From positions 1-37,485 of the forward strand of contig JAHIFK010000234.1 in the NCBI GenBank assembly GCA_018900975.1: a DNA stretch of 37,485 bases. The letters are read 5' to 3'. Numbering within the stretch: the first letter of the stretch is position 1; each line of letters begins with the position of its first letter. A program made the translations under genes and the position numbers. The notes under the pieces were generated by a model that was not told the origin of the DNA, ran no database searches, and saw nothing but the letters and a program-made list of their open reading frames with translations. The stretch comes from Methanobacteriota archaeon. GTDB taxonomy: Archaea; Halobacteriota; Methanosarcinia; Methanosarcinales; Methanoperedenaceae. Of the stretch, positions 1-9,461 are shown one piece after another.

Positions 1-8
1 AGGGAACT

Positions 9-1163
9 ATGATCGAGAGGAAGGAGATAACAGACATATTATCCGGATATGACCTGAACGAAACCACCATCGGCGTCCTGGCATCGCACTCTGCGCTTGA
101 TGTGTGCGACGGCGCCGTGGAAGAGGGGTTCAGGACTCATGCTGTGTGCGAAAAGGGACGCGAGAAGACCTATACAGAGTACTTCAAGGCACAGAGGCAG
201 GACGGGAAGCTTATCCGCGGCATCGTGGATACCGCAGATGTGCATAATAAATTTAACGAGATACTAAAGCCCGATAACCAGAAGAAACTGCGCGACAATA
301 ATATTATCTTCATCCCAAACCGTTCTTTCACGTCATACTGTTCGATAGACGATGTGGAAGATAAGTTCAAAGTCCCGATGTTCGGAAGCCGCAACCTGCT
401 CAGGAGCGAAGAGCGGGGCATCGAGAAGGATTATTACTGGCTTCTTGAAAAGGCGGGGCTTCCATATCCTGAGAAGATAAAAAAACCAGAGGATATAGAC
501 AGCCTTGTGATGGTGAAACTCCCTCATGCAGTAAAGAAACTTGAGCGGGGTTTTTTCACAGCAGCCTCGTACGATGAGTTCAAGCAGAAATCCGGTGCGC
601 TCCTGAAGCAGGGCGTTATCACCAGAGAAGCGCTTGCAGAAGCCAGGATCGAGAGATATATTATCGGACCTGTCTTTAATCTTGATATGTTCTACTCACC
701 TCTTGAGGAAGAGATGAGTAAAATTGAACTGCTGGGCATCGATTGGCGATTCGAGACAAGCCTTGATGGGCACGTGCGCCTGCCTGCGCCGCAGCAGATC
801 ACACTGAATGAGCGTCAGGTCACTCCAGAATACACTGTTTGCGGGCACAACTCTGCCACCCTGAGAGAGTCGCTGCTTGAGGATGCGTTCGAGCTTGCTG
901 AAAAATACGTGAAAGCTACCCAGAAATATTATAAACCCGGCATTATAGGGCCCTTCTGCCTCCAGACATGTGTGGATAAAGACCTGAATTTCTATGTTTA
1001 TGATGTGGCACCGCGTGTGGGCGGAGGTACGAATGTCCACGTTTCAGTTGGTCACCCTTACGGCAATACCCTGTGGCGAAAACCAGTGAGCACAGGCAGG
1101 CGCGTGGCTATGGAGATAAGGCGCGCTATAGACCAGGAAAGAGTAGAAGAAATAATTACGTGA
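9..1163 (+). CDS. purP: PurP-family formate--phosphoribosylaminoimidazolecarboxamide ligase (ATP-grasp, DUF1246/DUF1297)
   Basis: ASHSALD, FIPNRSF and IIGPFCLQ...YDVAPRVGGGTN motifs typical of archaeal PurP/PurP-like proteins. Confidence 0.88.
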   Translation: MIERKEITDILSGYDLNETTIGVLASHSALDVCDGAVEEGFRTHAVCEKGREKTYTEYFKAQRQDGKLIRGIVDTADVHNKFNEILKPDNQKKLRDNNIIFIPNRSFTSYCSIDDVEDKFKVPMFGSRNLLRSEERGIEKDYYWLLEKAGLPYPEKIKKPEDIDSLVMVKLPHAVKKLERGFFTAASYDEFKQKSGALLKQGVITREALAEARIERYIIGPVFNLDMFYSPLEEEMSKIELLGIDWRFETSLDGHVRLPAPQQITLNERQVTPEYTVCGHNSATLRESLLEDAFELAEKYVKATQKYYKPGIIGPFCLQTCVDKDLNFYVYDVAPRVGGGTNVHVSVGHPYGNTLWRKPVSTGRRVAMEIRRAIDQERVEEIIT

Positions 1164-1184
1164 GCTTCCGAGCTTCACGTTTAT

Positions 1185-1808
1185 TCAGGATATCTTTTCG
1201 AGGAATTCAGAGAAGGCAAGGTTTCCTGTTATCTTTTTTATTTTTATCTTGACAATATCCCCTTTTGCTGTACTGGGCACATAAATGGTATATTTATCCT
1301 TCTTAGCGATACCGTCACCTTTTCTTCCTACGGCTTCTATTCTTACCTCGTAGGTTTCACCCTCTTTCAGAGCCTCTTCTTTGACAAGATGAACTGCTGC
1401 CGCCTGTTTCGAAACAGGTCTATGAGCGCCGCATGCATCACAACGCAGCGCCAAAAACCTTTCAACCTTTATCAGATGCGTATCTGGTCGCCCGCACTCA
1501 GAACATGTCACATAATCCTTAATATACGCATCAACAAGCTGGAAGAACACGCTTGAACTGAACTTTCCCTGAAATATCACCCTGTTCCCATCACGTTTGC
1601 CTGCAGTACCAAGTTCACGTAAGAGAAATTTGAAAACATGCTCAGGAGCCCGGTTCAGTTTATCTACGATCACTGCGAAATTTTCAAGTACTGTCGTCTT
1701 ACCTTCTGTAAGTAGCTTTGGCTCCGGGACTACAAAACGCTCCCCTGTACCTTTAATTTCGGGCAGTTTAGAAAGAGCCCTGTCCAGATTTACGAGGTAA
1801 TCGTTCAT
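1185..1808 (-). CDS. eif2b: Translation initiation factor aIF-2 beta subunit with C-terminal TRAM domain
   Basis: LLRELGTAG motif, CSECGRPDT...CDACGA zinc ribbon, C-terminal TRAM (GETYEVRIEAVGRKGDGIAK). Confidence 0.95.
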   Translation of the reverse strand: MNDYLVNLDRALSKLPEIKGTGERFVVPEPKLLTEGKTTVLENFAVIVDKLNRAPEHVFKFLLRELGTAGKRDGNRVIFQGKFSSSVFFQLVDAYIKDYVTCSECGRPDTHLIKVERFLALRCDACGAHRPVSKQAAAVHLVKEEALKEGETYEVRIEAVGRKGDGIAKKDKYTIYVPSTAKGDIVKIKIKKITGNLAFSEFLEKIS

Positions 1809-1812
1809 GAAC

Positions 1813-2334
1813 CTAACTTAAGACCAATTCCTGACCTTTATCAACAACCAGTCTTATGGATGTTGGCAATTTGTACCCTGCGGAAACCAGACATTCCTTT
1901 GCTAATTTGAACTTGTCTGGATTTATCGATAAAGTCATTATTTTCTGACCTGCCTTCACCTTTGCTGCTGTACCGATCGGTTTCCCGAAAGCATTGCGCA
2001 TTCCCTGGGATACACGGTCTGCTCCGGCCCCGGTAGCCTGTTTGTTCTCCCTGAGGACTTCGTGAGGGTAAACTCTTATCTTAAGGTGATAACCGTTAGG
2101 TCCTGCACCTTCAAGTAAGGGCTTGTTTGCTGCGATACGTGCTGATTCAAGAGCGCTGTGGCGTATATTGCATGATTCTTTTGCTATTAGAGATACTTCA
2201 ACTGGAAACTCGCCATTTAAATTCCCGATGTCAAATGTTACTATTTTGCTACCCGGGACACCGCCCATGTATTTCCGTCTAGTATATGAGCGTTTGGTGA
2301 GATTCCTGTACATTCTTGCTGGTTTTCTTGCCAT
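1813..2334 (-). CDS. rpl10e: 50S ribosomal protein L10e (uL16)
   Basis: [10 protein letters not shown]...[11 protein letters not shown] and [25 protein letters not shown] motifs. Confidence 0.97.
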   Translation of the reverse strand: MARKPARMYRNLTKRSYTRRKYMGGVPGSKIVTFDIGNLNGEFPVEVSLIAKESCNIRHSALESARIAANKPLLEGAGPNGYHLKIRVYPHEVLRENKQATGAGADRVSQGMRNAFGKPIGTAAKVKAGQKIMTLSINPDKFKLAKECLVSAGYKLPTSIRLVVDKGQELVLS

Positions 2335-2418
2335 TGGATAATCCTCCGATAATTGTTATGTGCGTATATAGAATACGATTTCGATTCCACATGACTTTAA
2401 TGCTTATAAACTTTATCG

Positions 2419-2474
2419 AATAGATAAGGTTTATTTATTGAGATTAGTTTTATTTATTTAATAGATAAGGTTTA
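2419..2474. repeat. 15-bp direct repeat AATAGATAAGGTTTA (2419-2433, 2460-2474) in the divergent rpl10e/tRNA promoter region
   Basis: Two identical copies 41 bp apart; the second runs into the TTTAAA box upstream of the tRNA. Confidence 0.7.
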
Positions 2475-2479
2475 AATTA
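2463..2479 (+). promoter_or_regulatory. Probable BRE/TATA promoter of tRNA-Ile
   Basis: Purine-rich AGATAAGG followed by TTTAAATTA about 30 bp upstream of the tRNA. Confidence 0.6.
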
Positions 2480-2505
2480 CATGCCGTTATATTGGCGGTA
2501 TTCTC

Positions 2506-2579
2506 GGGCCCGTAGCTTAGGCAGGTGGAGCGCTCGGCTGATAACCGAGAGGTCTTGCGTTCAAATCGCAACGGGCCCA
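2506..2579 (+). tRNA. tRNA-Ile (GAU), no intron, CCA not encoded
   Basis: Acceptor GGGCCCG/CGGGCCC plus A discriminator; anticodon arm CTCGG-CTGATAA-CCGAG (GAT at 2540-2542); T arm TTGCG-TTCAAAT-CGCAA. Confidence 0.96.
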
Positions 2580-2593
2580 TGGAATACAAACCG

Positions 2594-2609
2594 CTTTTTT
2601 TGTTGCTTT
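2594..2609 (+). terminator. Oligo-T archaeal terminator after tRNA-Ile
   Basis: CTTTTTTTGTTGCTTT about 15 nt downstream of the tRNA. Confidence 0.5.
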
Positions 2610-2717
2610 AGATGTGTGTCGAAATACATATATATGAGCATGTTCATGACAAATACTTATATCAATTAATCATTAAAAAGGAGCGAGCAGTGGGGCGATG
2701 AAACTCCTTGTGGATAG

Positions 2718-3071
2718 TTGATACTGTACTGTTTGTCTAAAAACGAAGGTGGTGTTAAAACGTTAATTTGCGAGTGTGGAGAAATTATAAAAAGTGGTAC
2801 TTTCAGGGATTACATAAGAACATCCGCAGGTCCGTCAACTTCAACGATCGGACATGAAAAGTGCGGGCATATTTTTAATTTTATTGATTTAAAGATGCCC
2901 AAAAAGTATTCTTCCAGGACGGAACTCAAGAGCCTGGCTATGAGGTTTGCAGAGAAAAATAAACTGGAGAGCGCAGATGTCGAAAAGTTCCTTGTTGAAG
3001 TGGATCGGCTGAAGTCGAGCGGGAATCTGAGTGATTATGACATACTGGTTGCGGCATTAAAAAGGCTGTAA
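2718..3071 (+). CDS. Hypothetical protein with probable N-terminal zinc ribbon (start codon uncertain)
   Basis: ICECGE...GHEKCGH Cys/His pairs followed by a helical C-terminal part. Confidence 0.6.
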   Translation: MILYCLSKNEGGVKTLICECGEIIKSGTFRDYIRTSAGPSTSTIGHEKCGHIFNFIDLKMPKKYSSRTELKSLAMRFAEKNKLESADVEKFLVEVDRLKSSGNLSDYDILVAALKRL

Positions 3072-3139
3072 AATAAAGGACATACTATTTAACATAAGAT
3101 TATTTCCGGGGCTCAATATTGAATTTGCTTGAAGGTAAT

Positions 3140-5302
3140 ATGGCAATATATGAAAACAACCTTGAACATCTGCTAGATGAATTGCAGCGAATTCACTTGA
3201 TGCTCAGCCTCAACTTTAAAAAAAGGATGGCAGAACAGGGCGAATGTAATAATGATTTTCAGGGCTTATGCATCTCAGAAAATGAAGTTAATACAATTTT
3301 GCAAACACCTCTTTATGAAATCAAGACGGATATTCTCTCAAATTCTGAACTTGAAACAATCGAAAATCTTGCCGGGGAAATTCATGGAAGAGAAATTGAA
3401 AGTTTAAACAATGGAAAAAAGTTGCGCCTTTGCGTCCTGTCTGAACTCTTCCATCTTTCGCCCTTTGAAAGGGATGCCCTCTTAATAAGTCTGGCACCAG
3501 AACTGGATATTCGATACGAAAAAATCTACTCCTACCTTCAGAACGACGTGACAAAAAAGCGCCCCACTGTTGACCTGGTGATTAAACTGCTCAGTTCATC
3601 AATCGAGGAAAGGTTCATGGCAAGGGAGTACTTTTCATCTATTGAATCACTGATAAAGGACCGCCTTGTCTATCTTATGGGCGTTGGAGCAGAAGAACAG
3701 ATTCCGCTTTTGTCTAAGTCGATCAAGGTTGATGAGAGAATAATAGATTTCCTCCTGGGTATCAATAGAATTGACCCGAGAATACAGAATTTCTCCTCAA
3801 TATTAGAGCCGAAAAGGTCTTTTAACGACCTGATCTTAGGTGAAAATCAAATAACATCGTTAAAGGAGGTGGTGAGAAGACATTCGGGTTTGAACAAGCC
3901 TCTAATATTCTTTTTCCATGGGCCATACGGCACTGGAAAAAAGATGACTGCAGAAGCTGTTTGCATGGAACTGAAAAAACCACTGCTCATTGTGGATTCA
4001 AAGGTATTGCTGAAAGACGACTCCATTGAAACCCTAAAACTCATTATACGTGAAGCCCTGTTACAAAATTCCTGTGTGTATATTGAAGGGATCGATGCCC
4101 TGTGGAAAGAGAAAGGTACAGGAATTACCCCTGCAAATATGATCAGGGAGCTGGACAGCTTTCCAGATTGGGTTTTTCTGTCAGGCGAACTGTCGTGGGA
4201 GCCCGCAGGGGTATTGAAAACACACGGTTTTATAAACATCGCCTTTCCAATACCCGCTTTTTCGCTTCGCAAAAAGTTGTGGAAATCTTACCTGAATGGC
4301 GAAGATGCGGATATCGATGCCCTTGCAAATAAATTCAAGTTCAGCGGGGGTCAGATAAAAGATGCCATATTCACAGCACATAATGTCGCTTCAGCGAAAA
4401 GCGTTTCCAACTTATCAATGGATGAACTCTATCATGGTTGTAAGGCTCAGTCAAACAGGAATCTTTCTGTCTTTGCCAGAAAGATCGAACCTCACTATAC
4501 CTGGGACGATATAGTTCTCCCGGAGGATATAGAAAAACAGTTAAAAGAAATATCAAGTTATATCAAATACAGGGGTGTTGTATTTACAGATTGGGGTTTT
4601 GATAAGAAATTCTCAATTGGCAAGGGACTTACTGCTCTTTTCTCCGGACCTTCAGGCACAGGAAAAACAATGTCTGCTGAGATTATCGCCAGAGATTCGG
4701 GACTTGACCTTTATAAAATTGACTTATCTAATGTGGTCAGTAAATATATTGGCGAAACTGAAAAAAACCTGAGCAATATCTTCAAGGAGGCAGAGACAAG
4801 TAATGCCATCCTGTTTTTTGACGAGGCAGATGCGCTGTTCGGAAAACGCTCTGAAGTTAAAGACGCTCATGACAGGTATGCCAATATAGAGATAGGATAT
4901 TTGCTTCAGAAAATGGAAGAGTATGAGGGGGTCGTTATACTTGCCACTAATCTTAGTAAAAACATCGATGATGCTTTTTTAAGAAGGATGCAATTCGTGA
5001 TCGAGTTTCCTTTCCCAGATGAAGATCAGAGAAAGATCATATGGACCCGAATATTCCCAAAAAGTGCCCCACAGGCAGGAGACATAGATTATGAATTTTT
5101 CGCTGAGAGATTGAAACTTGCCGGTGGAAATATCAAGAACATTGCATTATCTTCGGCATTTTATGCAGCAGAGGAATCCTGTGATATAGGAATGCACCAT
5201 ATCATGCGTGCAGCCATGAGGGAACACATGAAGATGGGGAAACCTTTTTTGAAAGAAGAACTTGAGCCTTATTACAAAATGATAGAGGGAGATGAGAAAT
5301 AA
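3140..5302 (+). CDS. eCIS AAA+ ATPase (Afp15/Pvc15-like)
   Basis: N-terminal APELDIRYEKIYSYLQNDVTKKRPTVDL domain; two AAA modules (GPYGTGKK with degenerate Walker B; GPSGTGKT...FFDEADALFGKRSEVKDAHDRYAN); ATG at 3140 preceded by GAAGGT. Confidence 0.9.
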   Translation: MAIYENNLEHLLDELQRIHLMLSLNFKKRMAEQGECNNDFQGLCISENEVNTILQTPLYEIKTDILSNSELETIENLAGEIHGREIESLNNGKKLRLCVLSELFHLSPFERDALLISLAPELDIRYEKIYSYLQNDVTKKRPTVDLVIKLLSSSIEERFMAREYFSSIESLIKDRLVYLMGVGAEEQIPLLSKSIKVDERIIDFLLGINRIDPRIQNFSSILEPKRSFNDLILGENQITSLKEVVRRHSGLNKPLIFFFHGPYGTGKKMTAEAVCMELKKPLLIVDSKVLLKDDSIETLKLIIREALLQNSCVYIEGIDALWKEKGTGITPANMIRELDSFPDWVFLSGELSWEPAGVLKTHGFINIAFPIPAFSLRKKLWKSYLNGEDADIDALANKFKFSGGQIKDAIFTAHNVASAKSVSNLSMDELYHGCKAQSNRNLSVFARKIEPHYTWDDIVLPEDIEKQLKEISSYIKYRGVVFTDWGFDKKFSIGKGLTALFSGPSGTGKTMSAEIIARDSGLDLYKIDLSNVVSKYIGETEKNLSNIFKEAETSNAILFFDEADALFGKRSEVKDAHDRYANIEIGYLLQKMEEYEGVVILATNLSKNIDDAFLRRMQFVIEFPFPDEDQRKIIWTRIFPKSAPQAGDIDYEFFAERLKLAGGNIKNIALSSAFYAAEESCDIGMHHIMRAAMREHMKMGKPFLKEELEPYYKMIEGDEK

Positions 5303-5875
5303 ATGGCAGTTTTAAAAGACATTGGAGAATCCTTGAAAGAGTTCCTTCGAAGCAACATCTCTGAACTCAAGCCTGTCAATTCGATCGTCTTTGATTCACC
5401 GGCAGATATTGAACCAACTGGAAATCCAATACTTTCTGTATTCTTATATCAGATAATTGAGAATGGTAATTTAAGGAATGTCCCCCCAGAACCAATAGAT
5501 ACAGATAAGATGAAATATCCTCCACTTATTCTTGATCTATACTTTATTTTCACCCCTTACTCTAAAAACAAAGAAACCGAACTCATAATCATAGAAAAGC
5601 TCATGCAGTTATTTTATGATAATTCAGTTCTCAGGAAAGACATGCTTATAGGGGGTCTTAAGGCATCCGGAAATGATGAAATACGAGTCATTCCCAATAA
5701 TCTTTCATTTGAGGAAATAAACAAGCTATGGGAGAGATTTCCCAACAAGCCTTTCAAGCTTAGCGCTTCTTACATTCTGAGCCCTGTCAGGATCCCATCC
5801 GGAAAGCCGATCGAGATGATCAAGAGAGTTAGGGAAAAGAATATTGACGTATACAGGAAGGAACTACAGTCATGA
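5303..5875 (+). CDS. DUF4255 / Afp16-Pvc16-like tail terminator (cap) protein
   Basis: LSVFLYQIIEN...LRN, PPLILDLYFIFTPY and LW...FKLSASY pattern; abuts the ATPase. Confidence 0.85.
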   Translation: MAVLKDIGESLKEFLRSNISELKPVNSIVFDSPADIEPTGNPILSVFLYQIIENGNLRNVPPEPIDTDKMKYPPLILDLYFIFTPYSKNKETELIIIEKLMQLFYDNSVLRKDMLIGGLKASGNDEIRVIPNNLSFEEINKLWERFPNKPFKLSASYILSPVRIPSGKPIEMIKRVREKNIDVYRKELQS

Positions 5876-6438
5876 TATTTCTTGAAAGGAAAAGAACCGT
5901 TCTGACCCTTGCCGTAATGCTGAAGGATGATTTTTTGCCCGACAAGAAAACCATCGGGGATGTGTTCCTGAAAGCCACAGGAGTGAGGAGAGAAATTATC
6001 AAACACAGCACAGGATATTTCCTCCTGGTGAACCTTCCTGATGGAGAACATGTCCTCACTGGCAGTGGCAGGTACTACAAACCTGTGAATTTGACAATAG
6101 ACACAAAATCTATCGACCCCAAACAGCCCTTTGCAGAGCTGACTCTTACTCCAAAATCAAATTATCCCTTTCCCGACGGGTTTACAGTCCTTAAAGGAAA
6201 GATCATTGATATGGACTACAGGCCACTTTCTGATGTATCAATAAATATTAAGCTCATGCCCCAGAGCACAACTTCAGAAGAGGATGGAGGTTTTTTCATC
6301 CATTTCACCAGCAGAGATGATGATGAAAATATAACACTCACAATTAATAAAAATGGATATATATCAAGAGATGTTCCGGCTCTTTTGAAGAAGGATATCA
6401 CTACCCGCATTGAGCCGATCATACTTGCTAAACTATGA
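5872..6438 (+). CDS. Carboxypeptidase-regulatory-like (beta-sandwich) domain protein of the eCIS
   Basis: LTPKSNYPFP..TVLKGKI and STTSEEDGGFFIHF motifs; ATGA overlap with the DUF4255 gene. Confidence 0.7.
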   Translation: MIFLERKRTVLTLAVMLKDDFLPDKKTIGDVFLKATGVRREIIKHSTGYFLLVNLPDGEHVLTGSGRYYKPVNLTIDTKSIDPKQPFAELTLTPKSNYPFPDGFTVLKGKIIDMDYRPLSDVSINIKLMPQSTTSEEDGGFFIHFTSRDDDENITLTINKNGYISRDVPALLKKDITTRIEPIILAKL

Positions 6439-6645
6439 ATGGAGGTGTGACAACTAAATTTCAAATCAGATAAATTGGATTTAAAGCTGGTGAAATATTG
6501 AATTTTCGCAGAAGGCAGCACAAAATTCACGTGAAATTAGTTAAACCTGATGCAGAATATGGTATTTCAAGATTATAATAATGAAAAGTTAATGAAAATT
6601 TAGATAAGACGTAATAAAAATGGAATATTTTAGATTTGAGGTTTT

Positions 6646-6861
6646 ATGCCTGTAATACGAAATAAATTGAACCAGAGAATTATAATCAATTTGAAAAGCG
6701 GGAAGAATATTGACCTTTTTGCTAAAAGCACAGCAGATGTTTCAGATCAGGACTTATCATCATCACATCTGCAGACCCAAATTGCAAAAGGTGAAATTGT
6801 TGTCATGGAAGGGGTAGCTGAAAAGACAGAATCCAGGAAAATCATAAGAAAAGGAAGATAA
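6646..6861 (+). CDS. Small hypothetical protein upstream of the sheath
   Basis: GAGGT SD just upstream; globular-looking 71 aa; co-oriented with the operon. Confidence 0.6.
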   Translation: MPVIRNKLNQRIIINLKSGKNIDLFAKSTADVSDQDLSSSHLQTQIAKGEIVVMEGVAEKTESRKIIRKGR

Positions 6862-6901
6862 AAGTAATCGAACGATCAAAATTTTATAAAGGAGGTATAG
6901 T

Positions 6902-8410
6902 ATGACTGAATATCTATCACCAGGAGTATATGTTGAGGAGAAATCCTCTGGGGCAAAACCCATTGAAGGCGTAGGCACTTCGACAGGGGCATTTGTCGGG
7001 ATCGCTGAGAAAGGACCAATCGGAGAGGCAAAGCAGATAGCGAACTGGACACAGTTCGTAAATACATTCGGTGCCTATATCGCCAATGGGTATCTTGCAT
7101 ACGCCGTATATCAATTCTTTTCGGAAGGAGGTACGCGGTGTTTCGTGGTCAGGACCTGCCATTACACAGATATAACAGACCCTGTGAAAAAGACAGCTTT
7201 GGCTTCATCAGGAACAATGAATGATGACGCTGACGCCGCCTCGATAAAAGCCATGGCAGTTTGGGAAGGGACCTGGGGGGATAAAATATCCGTCGAAGCA
7301 AAAGACGCTACTGATACAACTCTGACGAATGGTTTCAAGCTGGTCGTAAAATATGGCGGTGTTGAAAAAGAGTCCTTCGATAATCTTACGATGGATACTA
7401 TTGAAGATGCAATAGATAACATATCAGCGTATATCAAAGTGGATAAACAGGGACTAAATCCAAATCCTCCCAAGAAAGCTACGCCATTAACCCTTGCTTC
7501 CGGCAATGATGGACTTTCGGATATCTCGGAAACAGATTTCGAAGGTGATGGAAAAGCGCTGAACGGTCTTCATGCATTCGATGTCGTCGATGATATAAAC
7601 ATCGTTCTTATGCCCGATATGTCAGGAAACAGAGATGCTATTATAAAAGGAATGACTTACTGCCAGAATAGAAAAGACTGCTTCTTTATTGCAGACCCGC
7701 CCAAAAGTCTGGATCCGACTGCAATTAAATCCTTTAAAGAGGGAACCGGTACTTATAAAGGAAACGCCTTTAACTCCTCGTATGGTGCGCTTTACTATCC
7801 ATGGGTAATTGTAAGTGATCCTCTGAATCCGAAAAAGAAAAAATATGTTCCTCCATCAGGTGCGATCGCAGGATCGTATGCACATACCGATTCGGTGAGG
7901 GGTGTACATAAGGCGCCTGCGGGCATATCAGATGGTTATCTCGATTCGGTAAGCGATATTGAAAGGATCATAACAAAAAGCGAACATGATGGATTAAATC
8001 CCGTGGGGATCAATGTCATCCGTTCTTTCCCAACCTCTGGCATCGTGATCTGGGGAGCAAGAACTCTCTCTGCCGACCCGGAATGGAAATACATCAATAT
8101 CAGACGGCTCTTCCTATTCCTTGAGGAGTCCATTGACAAAGGTACTCAATGGCTCGTATTTGAGCCGAACTCCCCGGCTCTGTGGGGCTCAGTGATCAGG
8201 AACATTACAGCGTTTCTGCTGAGGGTCTGGAGAGATGGTGCATTGTTCGGAAGCACGCCTGAAGAAGCATTCTATGTCAAGGTCGATGCTGAGAACAACC
8301 CGCCGGAAGTAAGAGATGCCGGGCAATTGATCATCGAGGTCGGGGTGGCGCCCGTGAAACCAGCGGAGTTCGTAATAATAAGAATACAGCAGAAGACATT
8401 GTCAAAATAA
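6902..8410 (+). CDS. Contractile tail sheath protein (Afp2/3/4-like)
   Basis: YLSPGVYVEE, ALYYPW, PPSGAIAG, RGVHKAPA, WGARTL, WKYINIRR, FEPN and GVAPVKPAEFVIIRI motifs; strong SD AAAGGAGGT. Confidence 0.97.
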   Translation: MTEYLSPGVYVEEKSSGAKPIEGVGTSTGAFVGIAEKGPIGEAKQIANWTQFVNTFGAYIANGYLAYAVYQFFSEGGTRCFVVRTCHYTDITDPVKKTALASSGTMNDDADAASIKAMAVWEGTWGDKISVEAKDATDTTLTNGFKLVVKYGGVEKESFDNLTMDTIEDAIDNISAYIKVDKQGLNPNPPKKATPLTLASGNDGLSDISETDFEGDGKALNGLHAFDVVDDINIVLMPDMSGNRDAIIKGMTYCQNRKDCFFIADPPKSLDPTAIKSFKEGTGTYKGNAFNSSYGALYYPWVIVSDPLNPKKKKYVPPSGAIAGSYAHTDSVRGVHKAPAGISDGYLDSVSDIERIITKSEHDGLNPVGINVIRSFPTSGIVIWGARTLSADPEWKYINIRRLFLFLEESIDKGTQWLVFEPNSPALWGSVIRNITAFLLRVWRDGALFGSTPEEAFYVKVDAENNPPEVRDAGQLIIEVGVAPVKPAEFVIIRIQQKTLSK

Positions 8411-8436
8411 ATAAGAAATTATAGGAGATAAATAAC

Positions 8437-8880
8437 ATGGCAACAGGAGCAAGGAGCGATCCGTACAGGAATTTCAGGTTCAGAGTTGAGATAGGCGGAA
8501 TTCAGACGGCAAGTTTTGCAGAAGCAACGATCCCGGATTCTACCACAGACTCGGTTGATTACAGGGAAGGGACAGATTTACCCTTCCAGAGAAAGCTTTC
8601 TGGTCTGACCAAGTACGGGAACATAACTCTGAAGAAAGGACTCACAGACTCAATGGAGCTTTATGAGTGGAGAAAGTCGGTTGAGGAGACCGGGGCGATC
8701 AAAGCAAGAAAGAATATTTCCCTGGTATTGATAGACGAGGAAGGAAATGATAAGGCCAGATGGGATATTATGGAAGCCTGGCCCACAAAATACGACCCGT
8801 CGGATTTCAGTGCAAAGGCGAACGACGTGGTTATAGAGACACTCGAGCTAGTGCATGAAGGTGTAAAGAGGACGAAGTAA
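8437..8880 (+). CDS. Tail tube protein (T4 gp19-like, Afp1)
   Basis: DPYRNFRFRVEI, YREG, KLSGLTKYGNITLKKG, AWPTKY and IETLELVHEG motifs. Confidence 0.95.
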   Translation: MATGARSDPYRNFRFRVEIGGIQTASFAEATIPDSTTDSVDYREGTDLPFQRKLSGLTKYGNITLKKGLTDSMELYEWRKSVEETGAIKARKNISLVLIDEEGNDKARWDIMEAWPTKYDPSDFSAKANDVVIETLELVHEGVKRTK

Positions 8881-8905
8881 TATGGATTAGACAAAAGGAG
8901 ACGAA

Positions 8906-9274
8906 ATGGGAATTTTACAGACAGAGCATGACTTTACTTTGCCCATGGGATATGTGGATGAAACAGGAACTCTTCACAGGGACGGCAAGATGAGGCTGGC
9001 CACTGCTGCTGATGAGATACTACCCATGAAAGACCCGAGGGTCCAGAATAACCCGGCATATTTGACCGTCATCCTTCTCTCCAGGGTAGTTACAGGCCTG
9101 GGCAGTTTGAAGATGGTAAACCCTAAGGTCATTGAAGGGCTTTTTGCCGGGGACTTCGCGTATCTTCAGGAAATGTATACGAGGATCAACCAGAACGGTT
9201 CGAATGTGATCAAAGCGATCTGTCCGAAGTGTGAGCATAAATTCGACGTCGAGGTACAATCTCTGGGGGAATAA
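8906..9274 (+). CDS. Tail assembly chaperone (lambda gpG-equivalent)
   Basis: FTLPMGYVD..G.LHRDG.MRLATAADEI.P..DPRV motif; C-terminal CPKC; ends at G GGG GAA TAA. Confidence 0.85.
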   Translation: MGILQTEHDFTLPMGYVDETGTLHRDGKMRLATAADEILPMKDPRVQNNPAYLTVILLSRVVTGLGSLKMVNPKVIEGLFAGDFAYLQEMYTRINQNGSNVIKAICPKCEHKFDVEVQSLGE

Positions 9275-9453
9275 TAGGCTACCCCCACGAGCGCCTCTAC
9301 GAGGAGGTAGCCTTTCTGGCTTACCACTTTCATTGGGACTATGATACAGTAATGAACCTGGAGCATAGGGAGCGGCAGCAATGGTGCAATGAGGTAAGTA
9401 AAATAAATACAAAACTCAATTCGGAAGGATCGAAAAACCTTTTTGAAGTATAG
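9265..9453 (+). CDS. DUF6760-like ORF (gpT-equivalent), probably reached by -1 frameshift; absent from the ORF track
   Basis: The -1 frame reads GGIIGYPHERLYEEVAFLAYHFHWDYDTVMNLEHRERQQWCNEVSKINTKLNSEGSKNLFEV*; no ATG/GTG/TTG before the conserved LYEEVAFLAYHFHW motif. Confidence 0.85.
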   Translation, partial: GGIIGYPHERLYEEVAFLAYHFHWDYDTVMNLEHRERQQWCNEVSKINTKLNSEGSKNLFEV

Positions 9454-9461
9454 GAGCAATA

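Noticed and set aside
1185-1400. TRAM fusion on aIF-2beta as a novelty
   Set aside because: Known architecture in Methanomicrobia and some other euryarchaea.
2481-2669. 62-aa ORF
   Set aside because: Overlaps tRNA-Ile entirely; spurious.
2677-2730. AAGGAG...CTCCTT hairpin containing GGCGATG, a possible fluoride riboswitch
   Set aside because: The pseudoknot and downstream consensus are not present and no fluoride-related gene follows.
9020-9459. Minus-strand ORFs of 130 and 97 aa covering the chaperone/tube gap
   Set aside because: The gap is explained by the plus-strand DUF6760-like frame; these are shadow ORFs.
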